Below, in pieces: positions 35,376-44,880 of a stretch of 64,000 nucleotides of DNA. Numbering within the stretch: the first letter of the stretch is position 1; the number at the start of each line of letters is the position of its first letter. The translations under genes were made by a program, and so were the position numbers. Where the stretch lies: positions 1,472,001-1,536,000 of the forward strand of contig OZ245015.1 in the NCBI GenBank assembly GCA_965223705.1, given 5' to 3'. Source of the DNA: Myxococcota bacterium (GTDB taxonomy: Bacteria > Myxococcota_A > UBA9160 > UBA6930). The notes under the pieces were generated by a model. It had not been told where the DNA came from and searched no databases. It worked only from the letters and a program-made list of their open reading frames with translations.

Positions 35376-37868
35376 CTACCACTGGTAGGTGAAGCCGAAC
35401 CAAACCTCGTCGCGAGCCTGATAGAACTTGTCCGCGAAGGACTCCTGCCCGAAGAAGGGCGAGCGCGCCGATCGCTGGAAGTTCTCGACCCAGTTCTGCC
35501 AGGTGCCGGCCTGCCAGGTCGACGGATCGAAGATGTTACAACCCGCACCGTCGTCGCCGGTACCGAGCAGCCCGTCGGCGCCCGGGTTACCCAAGGTGCC
35601 GTCGGGGCAGAGGTTCGCGATGTCGTGGCTGCGTCGGTTGCCCCAAATCAGGTTCACGCCGATGTCGAAGAACCAGTTCTCGTTCAGCACGTAGCGGAGC
35701 CGCGGGAAGATCGTCCAAGCGCCCGCGTTCCAGTCGACGGCTGCGACCGTCGTCAGGATGATCGTGTCGTTCCGCCAGTAGTTCTCCATGAAGAACGTGC
35801 TGATGACGTTGGTCTCGTAATCGATCATGCCGTTGTCGTGACCGCTGCCGTCCTCGTAGTCCGTGATGTGCGCGATGAACGTCTGGAACGAGAGGAAGGC
35901 CGTGCGGTTCCGGTTCAGGAACGGAATGAACGTCGAGCGGTCGAGACCGATCGAGAGCTGGAAGAAATCGCTCTCGCTCTGGTAATCCTGCTCGGAGCTG
36001 TCGCTGAACTGCCGATCGAAGTCATACGAGAGCTCGAAGCGCAGGATCGTGTCGATGCCCGGGATCTGGTAGTCGATCGAACCACCGATCGTGAGGACCC
36101 GCGGGTACTCGAGCGTGAACTCCGACGCCGTCCAGGGCAGGGCGGCCAAGTCGAGGGAGTTCGCCGTGAAACACGCCCCGACGGCTGACGGAGCCAAGCC
36201 GCCGCAGGCCGCTGCCGCGACCGCTTGGAACTGGCCGAGGTACGTGTTGTTCATCGTCTCGAGCGAAGAGCCCGCGAGCGGCCGGCTAATCGTCGCCACT
36301 TCGCCGTTGGCGCGGACACCCTCAACCGGGGCATTTCTTGCGAACGGGTCAAAGGCCACGCCCAGCGCCCCCAACCCGGGAATTCCGCCGAAGCCCAAGC
36401 CCTGGAGGAACAGGAACATGGCCGAGTTCGGGTTATCCGTTGAGTAGTGGTTCTGGGCCTTCAGCACCGGGATGTCCTGGTGCGTCCAGAACGCCGACAG
36501 CGAGAACGCGATCGACGGCTTGGGAATCCGGAACTCGAGCCGCACACCCGGCTCGGTGTTCGAGAACTTCCAGTGCTGCACGTCGTCGGTCACGCCGGCG
36601 AAGGACACGTTGAACAGCTGGTGACCACCGGCGTCCGCACGCGCCTCGCAGGCGCCCGTGAAGGCGTAGGGCTCGCCGCACTGACCGACCTGCACCGGAA
36701 GGAAGCGGTCGAACACCCAGACGAACTCGAGAGAGACGTCCTGGAACATGCCCACGTTTCCAAAACTGTGGATGACGTCGAGAGCGAGCTGGGGGATGCG
36801 CCGCTCCTCGAGATCCGCCCAAATGCTGTGGTAGCCGAAGTCGAGCGGATTGATCCGATCCTGCAAGCGGAACGCGTCGGTCTTTCCCCAAACGATCTGT
36901 TGCTTGCCGAGTCGTACGAACGTCTCTTTGTGTTCGAACTCGATGTAGAGCTCGCGGACGAAGCACCAGGGGTGCGCGTTGTCGCCGCACTCGAATTGGA
37001 GGTTGCTTTGTCGGCGGTTGATGTCGACCGGGGCGTGCTCGTAAGAACCGCGGTCGCTGATGCCGCCTCCGAAGCCAAAGTTGAGCGGGGCCCAGGAGTT
37101 GTTGATCGCGACGGGGTCACCGTCGGCGATCGCGGCTCCGATGCCGCCTTCTTCGCCGGCCATACCGAGCGAAGCGAGGACCAACCCCGCGCCCGGGTTC
37201 AGGGTGCCGATGCCCTGCACTCGGCCGTCGAGGGTGGCGCCAGCGAAGCCTTGGTAGGTCTCGATGGTCGCGTTGCCGCCGCTCTTGCCCTGGTTGGGAC
37301 CGACGGCCTCCCACGTCGCGGGGACGCCGCCGAAGAACACCTTGTTGTCGATGAACACGGCCGCCGTCGGTCCGAAGCCGAACAGTGAACCCGTGTCGGC
37401 CGCCACCGTCGTGAGCTCGCCTTCGATCTGACAGCCAGCGCTACCGGTACCGCCAGCGGCGAGCATGACGTCGTCGCCGCGTCCCGACGCTTCCGCGTTG
37501 GCCGCGCCGACGCCGAAGGTGTCGAAGAAATCCTGGTCGATGTCGTCGCCGAAGCAGTCGTCCTGGATGTCGTAGATCGCTTCGTAGATCGGACGCACGA
37601 CGCCGTACACGGCAACGCGCGTATCCATGTTGTCGTAGAGACGGGCTTCCCACTCGAGGTTGAGTTCGGTGCGCCACGACGTCAGTTCCGGTCGCTCCCG
37701 GAAACCCGGTGTTCGGAAATACGCTTTCGAGGTCAAGAAACCGTGAACTTCGAAGTTGTCTTCCCACCAACCAGCGCTTGCGGGCTGGCTACCAAACGTG
37801 AGCGAGAACACAGAACTGAGCAGCAACGTGGCCAGAGCGGTTGCAACAGCCTTTCGGCAAATCGACAT
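35376..37868 (-). CDS. DUF1302-like outer-membrane beta-barrel protein
   Basis: Signal peptide; RELYIE..RLGKQQIVWGKTD.FR..D.INPLD motif; aromatic C-terminus FGFTYQW; lies upstream of YCF48 and MMPL genes. Confidence 0.82.
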   Translation of the reverse strand: MSICRKAVATALATLLLSSVFSLTFGSQPASAGWWEDNFEVHGFLTSKAYFRTPGFRERPELTSWRTELNLEWEARLYDNMDTRVAVYGVVRPIYEAIYDIQDDCFGDDIDQDFFDTFGVGAANAEASGRGDDVMLAAGGTGSAGCQIEGELTTVAADTGSLFGFGPTAAVFIDNKVFFGGVPATWEAVGPNQGKSGGNATIETYQGFAGATLDGRVQGIGTLNPGAGLVLASLGMAGEEGGIGAAIADGDPVAINNSWAPLNFGFGGGISDRGSYEHAPVDINRRQSNLQFECGDNAHPWCFVRELYIEFEHKETFVRLGKQQIVWGKTDAFRLQDRINPLDFGYHSIWADLEERRIPQLALDVIHSFGNVGMFQDVSLEFVWVFDRFLPVQVGQCGEPYAFTGACEARADAGGHQLFNVSFAGVTDDVQHWKFSNTEPGVRLEFRIPKPSIAFSLSAFWTHQDIPVLKAQNHYSTDNPNSAMFLFLQGLGFGGIPGLGALGVAFDPFARNAPVEGVRANGEVATISRPLAGSSLETMNNTYLGQFQAVAAAACGGLAPSAVGACFTANSLDLAALPWTASEFTLEYPRVLTIGGSIDYQIPGIDTILRFELSYDFDRQFSDSSEQDYQSESDFFQLSIGLDRSTFIPFLNRNRTAFLSFQTFIAHITDYEDGSGHDNGMIDYETNVISTFFMENYWRNDTIILTTVAAVDWNAGAWTIFPRLRYVLNENWFFDIGVNLIWGNRRSHDIANLCPDGTLGNPGADGLLGTGDDGAGCNIFDPSTWQAGTWQNWVENFQRSARSPFFGQESFADKFYQARDEVWFGFTYQW

Positions 37869-37948
37869 GATGTAAGCCCTTCCCCCTGTGGCGATCGGAG
37901 CCGACGGTGGGCACCCGCCGGATCAGACCGCATGTCCCCTTACGGGAC

Positions 37949-38029
37949 AATCACTTACCGGGGATTTTTGCATGGGGATGGGGACCCGGGGCAAGTGATT
38001 TTCTGACTTTCCCGAGGGATTTTTTGCAT
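37949..38029. promoter_or_regulatory. Divergent promoter region with operator-like repeats
   Basis: Direct repeat GGGATTTTT(T)GCAT at 37961 and 38016; inverted pair AATCACTT (37949) / AAGTGATT (37993). Confidence 0.45.
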
Positions 38030-38083
38030 TTGCGTGCCCCGGGGGGATCGGGCACCGTGAGGGATTCCCGGGAGGATTTCAGT

Positions 38084-38917
38084 ATGGATGGGAACGGCAA
38101 GCTCGAAGATCGCGTGGCGCTCGTCACCGGTGCAGGCCGCGGCGTGGGGGCGGCGTTGGCTCGAAAGCTGGCCGCCGAAGGCGCTTCGGTGGTGGTCGCC
38201 GACCTCGATGCGGGGCCGGCCGCGTCCGTCGCACAGGAGATCGAGGCCGCGGGCGGGCGGGCGACACCGCTGGCCGGGGACGTCACCGCCCCGGGCTTCG
38301 GCGAAACCGCGATCGCGTGCATGCTCGACACCTACGGCGGGGTGGACATCCTGGTCAACAACGCCGGCTACATCTGGAACTCGAGCATCCACAAGACAGG
38401 CGAAGAGCAGTGGCAAGCGATGCTCGACGTCCACGTGACGGCGCCGTTCCGAATCCTGAAAGCGGCGGCCGGTTTTATTCGCAACGCGGGGACGCGGGAA
38501 GTTCCAACGCATCATCGCAAGGTCGTGAACGTGTCGTCGGTCTCCGGACTCTACGGTGGCGCCACCCAGATCGGGTATTCCGCCGCAAAAGCGGCGCTCG
38601 TCGGCGTCACGCGCACCCTCGCGAAGGAATGGGGCCGGTACCGTGTCAACGTCAATTGTGTCGCGTTCGGCCTGATCGATACGCGGTTGACACAAACGTG
38701 GGACGGGGACGAGATCGCGCAGATCGAAGTCGGCGGTCGTCGCCATCCCGTCGGTTTCGACGACGCGACCCGTCAGGAGATTACGAAGCGGATTCCGCTC
38801 GGGCGCCCCGGTACCCCGGAAGAAGCGGCAGGAGCGGTGTACCTCTTGTGCACGCCGGAATCCGACTACATCAGCGGCGAAGTGCTCGTCGCGGGCGGCG
38901 GCCTGCTCTCGCTCTAG
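38084..38917 (+). CDS. SDR family oxidoreductase (FabG-like)
   Basis: TGAGRGVG, NNAG, YSAAK; ATG after GGAGGA. Confidence 0.93.
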   Translation: MDGNGKLEDRVALVTGAGRGVGAALARKLAAEGASVVVADLDAGPAASVAQEIEAAGGRATPLAGDVTAPGFGETAIACMLDTYGGVDILVNNAGYIWNSSIHKTGEEQWQAMLDVHVTAPFRILKAAAGFIRNAGTREVPTHHRKVVNVSSVSGLYGGATQIGYSAAKAALVGVTRTLAKEWGRYRVNVNCVAFGLIDTRLTQTWDGDEIAQIEVGGRRHPVGFDDATRQEITKRIPLGRPGTPEEAAGAVYLLCTPESDYISGEVLVAGGGLLSL

Positions 38918-39738
38918 CCCTTTCGCGGGTGGATGAGCTCGCTCTTCCGTTCGAGCCAGTCGCGCCGTTTCTCAAAGGGGAGGGCGATGTATTCCTGCAT
39001 GTCCCCGAGACCCCGGGGCGACTTCATCGTTTCCATGAACGCGTGCCCCTCGATCTCGAGTCCCGCCTCGAGGTGGGTCTCGATCCCCTGATAGAGGCAC
39101 CGCTTGATCTCGTTCACCGCCGAGGGATTGTGGCTGGCGAGTCCTTTCGCGACCTCGATCGCGCGCTTCGCGGCATCCGGTGCGATTTCCGCGACAAGCC
39201 CCATCTCGAGGGCTTCCTCGGGCCGGCAGATTCGGCCGCGCAGGATGAAGTCGATCGCTCGACCGACGCCGATCATGCGGGGCAGCCGCTGAGTGCCGCA
39301 GCCGCCGGGCAGAATGCCGAGGGTCACTTCCGGCAGCCCGAAGCGATGGTCGCCTTCCGCGCCGATGCGGATATCGCACGACAGCGACAATTCGAACCCG
39401 CCCCCCATCGTGTCGCCGTTCATCGCGGCGATCACGACTTTCGGCAGGTCCCGCAGCTTTCGGAGCATCGCGTGGTAGTTCGCGTTCAACGCGGTGCCCA
39501 TCCGCTCCATTCCTGCTTTGTCCGACGCGATCTCGACCAATTCCTCGACGGAGTAGTGCGTGATGAACTTGCCGTCCATACCGCCCGTGAGGACGACAGC
39601 CCGGATCTCCGGATCGCGCCAGGTCTCGATCAGTTCGAGGAGCTCTCCCGCGCCGTCTGCGCAGAAGTAGTTCATCGGGGGGTTCAGATACGTCGCGACG
39701 ACGACCGCGCCGTCGCGTTCGGTGGTCCAAAGCGGCAT
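38914..39738 (-). CDS. Enoyl-CoA hydratase/isomerase family protein
   Basis: GGGFELSLSCDIR, FGLPEVTLGILPGGCGTQRLPR. Confidence 0.92.
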   Translation of the reverse strand: MPLWTTERDGAVVVATYLNPPMNYFCADGAGELLELIETWRDPEIRAVVLTGGMDGKFITHYSVEELVEIASDKAGMERMGTALNANYHAMLRKLRDLPKVVIAAMNGDTMGGGFELSLSCDIRIGAEGDHRFGLPEVTLGILPGGCGTQRLPRMIGVGRAIDFILRGRICRPEEALEMGLVAEIAPDAAKRAIEVAKGLASHNPSAVNEIKRCLYQGIETHLEAGLEIEGHAFMETMKSPRGLGDMQEYIALPFEKRRDWLERKSELIHPRKG

Positions 39739-39751
39739 CAAGGCCTCCGGG

Positions 39752-40219
39752 TTAGTCGTTCAGAACTTGCGAGACGCGGTACTGCACCGCCGGATTGCCG
39801 TCCTGCGTGAGGAGGCGACCCTCGGCGATGCAGAAAATGTCGTTCACCCAGGCGTAGCGGGGATCGCCCGTCTCCATCCGGGGATTCGTGAAGAAGTATT
39901 GGTCCCCGTACTGGGTCTCGCCGCCGCCTTCGAGCACGGCGACGACCTGCTCCGTCAATTCGACGATGCCGTAGTACTGGACGTAGATGAACGCGCCGTC
40001 GTGGGTCTCGAAAGTCGCCCGCACGTCGAGCGCGCCGTGGCCGGATTCGCGCATGATGAGCCAGTCGCCGCCGCTGTGGAGCAATTTACCCCGTAGCTTC
40101 GGTCCTTCGAAGACGCCGCCGGTCACGTCGACGATGTTGCGATTGCCCGAAGGCCCCGGGCCCACCGCGACGCCCGGCTTCAGGTTGGCGGTGTATTCGA
40201 GCAGAAATTCCGTCTTCAC
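39752..40219 (-). CDS. DUF3237 family protein
   Basis: GGVFEGPKLRG..GGDW, LDVRATFETHDGAFIY, ETGDPRYAWVN. Confidence 0.88.
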   Translation of the reverse strand: MKTEFLLEYTANLKPGVAVGPGPSGNRNIVDVTGGVFEGPKLRGKLLHSGGDWLIMRESGHGALDVRATFETHDGAFIYVQYYGIVELTEQVVAVLEGGGETQYGDQYFFTNPRMETGDPRYAWVNDIFCIAEGRLLTQDGNPAVQYRVSQVLND

Positions 40220-40313
40220 AGCGAAAACTCCTCGTCGAAGCCGCCCCAAAAGACGAACGGCCAGGAGGGCATGAGACCACTCCTGGCCGTTCGCTGGCAA
40301 GGTGAATCGGCGG

Positions 40314-41882
40314 TCAGTCCGTGACGTTCACCGAGTACACCGTCGTGGTCGCGCTCTCCTCGTTCGTCACGACGAGCAGCGGCTGTCGCGTGGGACTCTG
40401 CAAGCGGCGGATGAAGACCAGCCCTTCGGGAGCCAAGTCGCCACCGCCGGCAAAGTCGCGGTTGTTGATGTAGTCCTCGAAGGTCGGGTCCCACGGGTTG
40501 GTCACGTCGTAGGTCATCACACCGCCGACCCGCTCGAGGCCGATGAACGCGTAGGTCCGGTGGCCGATACGACCCACGGCCACACCCTCGGGCTCCGGGC
40601 CTTTCGCGTCGCTGCGGGCGTCGAAGTCCGGTTCGTCGTTGTCGGCGTTGAAGTTGTCCGGAACGGCCAGCGCAGTGATCTGCTCGAAGTCGTCCCCGCT
40701 ATCGAAGACCAGATTCCCGCGCGAGGACCAGATCGAGAAGGAGCGGCCGCCGAGGGAAAACAGCGCGTCGTAATCGCCGTCCCCGTCGGGGTCTCCCTCG
40801 AAGAGGCTGACGCCCAGACGGCCTAGGTTCTCGTCCTCTTGCAGCGTGGCGGCGTCGGGGAAGGCCACCGGATCGAGGTCGAGATCTTTGATCCGTTCGT
40901 CTTCCTCGGTCACGTCACCGATCAGGCAGTCGTACTCGCGGGCATCGCCCTCGTTCGCGGTGATGACGAACGAGCGACCGTACGTGCGGAACGAGGCGAT
41001 GGAATCGGGCTGGTACATCCCGTGAACGGGCCAGTTCTGGATGTTGATGGCGTCGTCGCGATCACTCGCGTCGATCCCGTTGCCGGGCGCGTTGTGGTCC
41101 TTCGTACCGAGCGGGATGATCCGACGGACGCGCGCCCGAAACACGTCGACTTCCGCGATGGCGTTGTTCTCCTGCAGGGAGACCCAGGCCGTAAACGGGT
41201 CCTTCATCGTGATGTACTCGGGCTCGAGGTCCTGTGCGACCGTCGCGCCCGGTCCGAAGATCCGGACGCCGGCGTCTCGAAGCTGGTCGACTCGGTCGTT
41301 GAACCGGCGGAAGTCGGCGGTCCGGACGCGGATCTGGCCGGCGTGTCGCAGCCGGACCGGCAGCCGAATCACGGAGATCGATCCCTCCGGGTCGATGCCG
41401 TCCTCGCAGTACGAGCTCGGCTCGCCTTCGTTCGCGACCAGGATATGGATTCCCCACGTATCGAAGGTCACCATGTCGGGAAGCGCGCCGACCGGCACCA
41501 CCGCGATGGGAGAGCCGCTCGAGGACAGTGCGCTGCGATAGATGGCGACGCTTCCGGGCGACTGACGCGTGGTTCCGGGGATGGCGACGGCGAGCAGACC
41601 GCGTTTCACCGCGACACTCGTCGCTTCTCCGCCTCCGATTCCGGAGACATCGATCTGGAATAACAGGGTCGGATTCGTGGGGTCCGACAGGTCGAGAACA
41701 TCGACCGCTTGTTCGGGGCTGTTCGTCACGAAGAAACGATCCGTGTGGGAATCGAAGGCTCCGATCTCTGCGCCTCCGCCCGCGTACGTGCCGAGGACGG
41801 ACAACGAGACGTCTCCCGACGCGGGTGAGGCCGCCGCAATGGTCGCGGCTAGCAGGAAGGCGAAGGCGTGTCTGTGCTGCAT
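40314..41882 (-). CDS. Secreted choice-of-anchor I beta-propeller protein
   Basis: Signal peptide; VGALPDMV, ANEGEP, DLEPEYI, MYQPD, RSDAKGPEPEG, GLERVGG. Confidence 0.88.
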   Translation of the reverse strand: MQHRHAFAFLLAATIAAASPASGDVSLSVLGTYAGGGAEIGAFDSHTDRFFVTNSPEQAVDVLDLSDPTNPTLLFQIDVSGIGGGEATSVAVKRGLLAVAIPGTTRQSPGSVAIYRSALSSSGSPIAVVPVGALPDMVTFDTWGIHILVANEGEPSSYCEDGIDPEGSISVIRLPVRLRHAGQIRVRTADFRRFNDRVDQLRDAGVRIFGPGATVAQDLEPEYITMKDPFTAWVSLQENNAIAEVDVFRARVRRIIPLGTKDHNAPGNGIDASDRDDAINIQNWPVHGMYQPDSIASFRTYGRSFVITANEGDAREYDCLIGDVTEEDERIKDLDLDPVAFPDAATLQEDENLGRLGVSLFEGDPDGDGDYDALFSLGGRSFSIWSSRGNLVFDSGDDFEQITALAVPDNFNADNDEPDFDARSDAKGPEPEGVAVGRIGHRTYAFIGLERVGGVMTYDVTNPWDPTFEDYINNRDFAGGGDLAPEGLVFIRRLQSPTRQPLLVVTNEESATTTVYSVNVTD

Positions 41883-41983
41883 GGTGGTTCTCCCTTTGTG
41901 GAAGAAGGGCGTATACCGATACGCGTCTCCGGGGCGGTGACGTCCGCGTGAAGCCGCTGTGAAAGAGGCGGTACATTCGCGTC

Positions 41984-43045
41984 ATGGAACTCGGAATCGC
42001 TGTGGCGTCCGGTGCTGACGCCTTCCACGTGGTCCGCCGAGCGGAAGAGCTCGGCGTCGGGCACGCATGGTTTTACGACTCCCAACTTCTCTACGGGGAA
42101 ATCTTCGCTTCGATGGCCGCGGCCGCGATGAAGACGGAGCGCATTCGCCTGGGTTCCGGCGTTTTGATTCCATCGAACCGCACCGCTCCGATCGCCGCGA
42201 ACGGCTTTGCAACGTTGAACCGGTTGGCTCCCGGCCGGATCGATTTCGGCGTCGGGACAGGTTTCACCGGCCGGCGCACCGTCGGCGCGGACGCGATTCC
42301 GCTTCGCGAACTGAAGGAGCACGTGCGCGTCATTCGCGAACTGTGGGCCGGTGGCACGCCGGAATGGGATTTCGAGGGGAAGCGCCGGAAGATCCGTTTT
42401 CTGAACCCGGAAACAACGCGCCTCAATCTGGGCGACCCGATTCCGCTCTACGTCTCGGCCTTCGGTCCCAAGACCCGCGCGTACACGGCCGAGGCCGCAG
42501 ACGGTTGGATGAACTTCTTGTTCGACGACGAAACCGCGATCGCCGATGTCGCCGACATTCGGGAGTGTTGCCGCGAGCGCGGCCGCGAGCCCGATTCATT
42601 GCACAGCATTGCCTTCACCCTCGGCTGTGTGCTCGAGGCCGGCGAGCCGCCGGACAGCCCGCGTGCAATCGCTCAGGCAGGTCCCCTCGTCGGAGCGATG
42701 CTCCACAACTGGGCGGAAGCCGAAGAGCGTGGCAGCGCGCTGACGTTACCGCCCGCCTGGAGAGGTGTGATCGATGAATACATCGCGCACCACAAGACCT
42801 TTGAACCGCCGGACGCTCGCTACCTCGAAAACCACACCGGTCACCTGATGTTCGTCCGCGACGGCGATCGACGGTTTATCCGGGGCGACATGATTCGCGC
42901 GCTGACGTTCACGGGGACCGTCGGCGAACTCAGGGAACGCGCGCGAGCCTTGGCCGACGCGGGCTATCACCAGATCGCCATACAACTCGTGCCGGATGCG
43001 GAAGACGCACTCGACGCGTGGGTCGACGTGTTTCGGGGCCTCTAG
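41984..43045 (+). CDS. Luciferase-like (LLM) flavin- or F420-dependent oxidoreductase
   Basis: AEELG..AWFYDSQ, TERIRLGSGV, APGRIDFGVGTG, ADGW. Confidence 0.9.
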   Translation: MELGIAVASGADAFHVVRRAEELGVGHAWFYDSQLLYGEIFASMAAAAMKTERIRLGSGVLIPSNRTAPIAANGFATLNRLAPGRIDFGVGTGFTGRRTVGADAIPLRELKEHVRVIRELWAGGTPEWDFEGKRRKIRFLNPETTRLNLGDPIPLYVSAFGPKTRAYTAEAADGWMNFLFDDETAIADVADIRECCRERGREPDSLHSIAFTLGCVLEAGEPPDSPRAIAQAGPLVGAMLHNWAEAEERGSALTLPPAWRGVIDEYIAHHKTFEPPDARYLENHTGHLMFVRDGDRRFIRGDMIRALTFTGTVGELRERARALADAGYHQIAIQLVPDAEDALDAWVDVFRGL

Positions 43046-44394
43046 GAGAGCCGACTGAGCAGGAGCGTCCCGAAGCCGAGGAAGCTCGCGAAGCCGAACA
43101 GGTCGGTCAGGGTCGTCACGAGGACACCAGAGCCCACTGCCGGGTCGAGTTTCAAGGCCTTGAGCGCCAGGGGAACGGCGGCCCCGAGCACCCCGGCGAC
43201 CATCATCGTCGCCATCATGGTCACGAACAACACGAGACCCAGGTACGCGTTGCCCTGCCACAGATACGCGAGGCCACCGCTGATCGCGCCGGTGACGAGT
43301 CCGATGGCACAGGCCACCGCGAGCTCTTTGCCAACCGCCCGAAGGCCGGTCGAGAACTCGATCTCGCCGAGCGCGATACCACGCGTGATGACGGTGAGCG
43401 CCTGGATTCCGCCGTTGCCCCCCATACCGGCGACGACGGGCATGAAGAAGGCGAGCGCCACGATTTCTTCGAGCGTTCGCTCGAAGAGACCCACCACCCA
43501 TGCCGCGAGAAACGTCGCCGCCAGGTTGAGGAGCATCCACGGCAATCGCTTGCGCACCGCGTGGTGGGCAGGGCTGAAGACGCGGTCCTCTTCCGACAAG
43601 CCCGCGAGCAGATACATGTCTTCCGTCGCTTCTTCGTGAATGACTTCGATGACGTCGTCGACGGTGATCACGCCGAGGATACGACGCTCGGGGTCGACCA
43701 CCGGAACCGCGAGCAGGTTGTAACGCGACACGATGCGAGCGACTTCCTCTTGATCGGCGTCGACGGAAACGCAGACCGGGTCCTCGACCATCATCACGCC
43801 GCAGGTCCGGTCTTTGGGCGCGGCGACGAGGCGACGGATCGGCACCACACCGCGCAGCTGTTCTTTGTCGTTCGTGACGTAGAGGTAGAGGATGGCCTCT
43901 TCGTCGTCCCCGGCCTGGCGAACGCGTTCGATCGCTTCCTCGGCCGTCATGTCTTCGGCCAGCGCGACGAAGTTCGTGTTCATCACCCGGCCGGCGGTCT
44001 CGGCCGGGTAGAGCTCTGCTTTGCGCAAGGCGTCGCGCTTCGGCGGAGGGAGCAGCGTCATCACCGCGTCGTGTCGCTCTTCCGGCAGCCACTCGACGAC
44101 CTCGACCATATCGTCGAGCTCGAGCCGCGCGAGGACCTGGGCGAGTAGCTCGTCGCCCACTGCGTCAAAGACGGTCGGTAACAACTCCGAAGGCAATTCC
44201 TTCAACATGGGCGCCGCGCGCCGTTGTCGGAAGAGGAGATCGACCACGGTACGGATCTCGCTGGGCGTTAGGTCGGAGATCACCGGGCCGACGTCGGCGG
44301 GATGAAGGCGGGCCAGCAGCCGTTCCGCACGCGTGGTCATGCTGCTCGCGAGCAGCCGGCGGAGGATTCGGGTGGTCTCGGTCGTTGTGGCCAC
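43042..44394 (-). CDS. mgtE: Magnesium transporter MgtE
   Basis: LHPAD N-domain, CBS pair, EEATED, RLPW, GMGGNGG.Q, DPA..S..LVTT.TD. Confidence 0.96.
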   Translation of the reverse strand: MATTTETTRILRRLLASSMTTRAERLLARLHPADVGPVISDLTPSEIRTVVDLLFRQRRAAPMLKELPSELLPTVFDAVGDELLAQVLARLELDDMVEVVEWLPEERHDAVMTLLPPPKRDALRKAELYPAETAGRVMNTNFVALAEDMTAEEAIERVRQAGDDEEAILYLYVTNDKEQLRGVVPIRRLVAAPKDRTCGVMMVEDPVCVSVDADQEEVARIVSRYNLLAVPVVDPERRILGVITVDDVIEVIHEEATEDMYLLAGLSEEDRVFSPAHHAVRKRLPWMLLNLAATFLAAWVVGLFERTLEEIVALAFFMPVVAGMGGNGGIQALTVITRGIALGEIEFSTGLRAVGKELAVACAIGLVTGAISGGLAYLWQGNAYLGLVLFVTMMATMMVAGVLGAAVPLALKALKLDPAVGSGVLVTTLTDLFGFASFLGFGTLLLSRLS

Positions 44395-44478
44395 GCGGCG
44401 CTCCGAGAGACTCCGAGGTCTGGCAAGTCGCCCACCCCGGCGGAGCCCCGATGGCCGCGCTTAGGTGGGCGTCGTTCC

Positions 44479-44493
44479 TGGCACGTGCGATGC
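44479..44493 (+). promoter_or_regulatory. Possible sigma54 (-24/-12) promoter facing the polysaccharide locus
   Basis: TGGCAC-N5-ATGC, one mismatch to TGGCAC-N5-TTGC; about 390 nt upstream of the first gene. Confidence 0.35.
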
Positions 44494-44880
44494 GGGCAGC
44501 GGGACCCGCGATGGCCGTGCGACGTGTCGAGTACTTCGTGACATCCGTTGGACGGCTTTGTACTCCAGTTCGGATGACTTCTCTACCCGCCTGACGCTCT
44601 TCTCACGGACCGGCAAGTCGAGCGCGGTCTTTCCGGGTGCTTGCCGACGCTCGACCCCTTTTCTGCACGTCACCCTGCACTCCCGGTTCGATGCAGATAG
44701 GAATCTAAACCGCCGAAAAATAATCGAAATTCTTGTTTTTCCCCAGGGGATTCAAGATTCATGCGCGAATTCTTCCGGGTGGTGCATCAAGCGCGGGTCG
44801 GTGGGACCGATGAGGGAAAGAGGCGCATTTCTCCCGACGCTGGGAGCGGGTGAAGTTCGCACGCGAAATGAGGTCTTTTC

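Noticed and set aside
44395..44700. Mg2+ (M-box) riboswitch upstream of mgtE
   Set aside because: No recognisable conserved M-box sequence by eye; an Infernal scan is needed to exclude it formally
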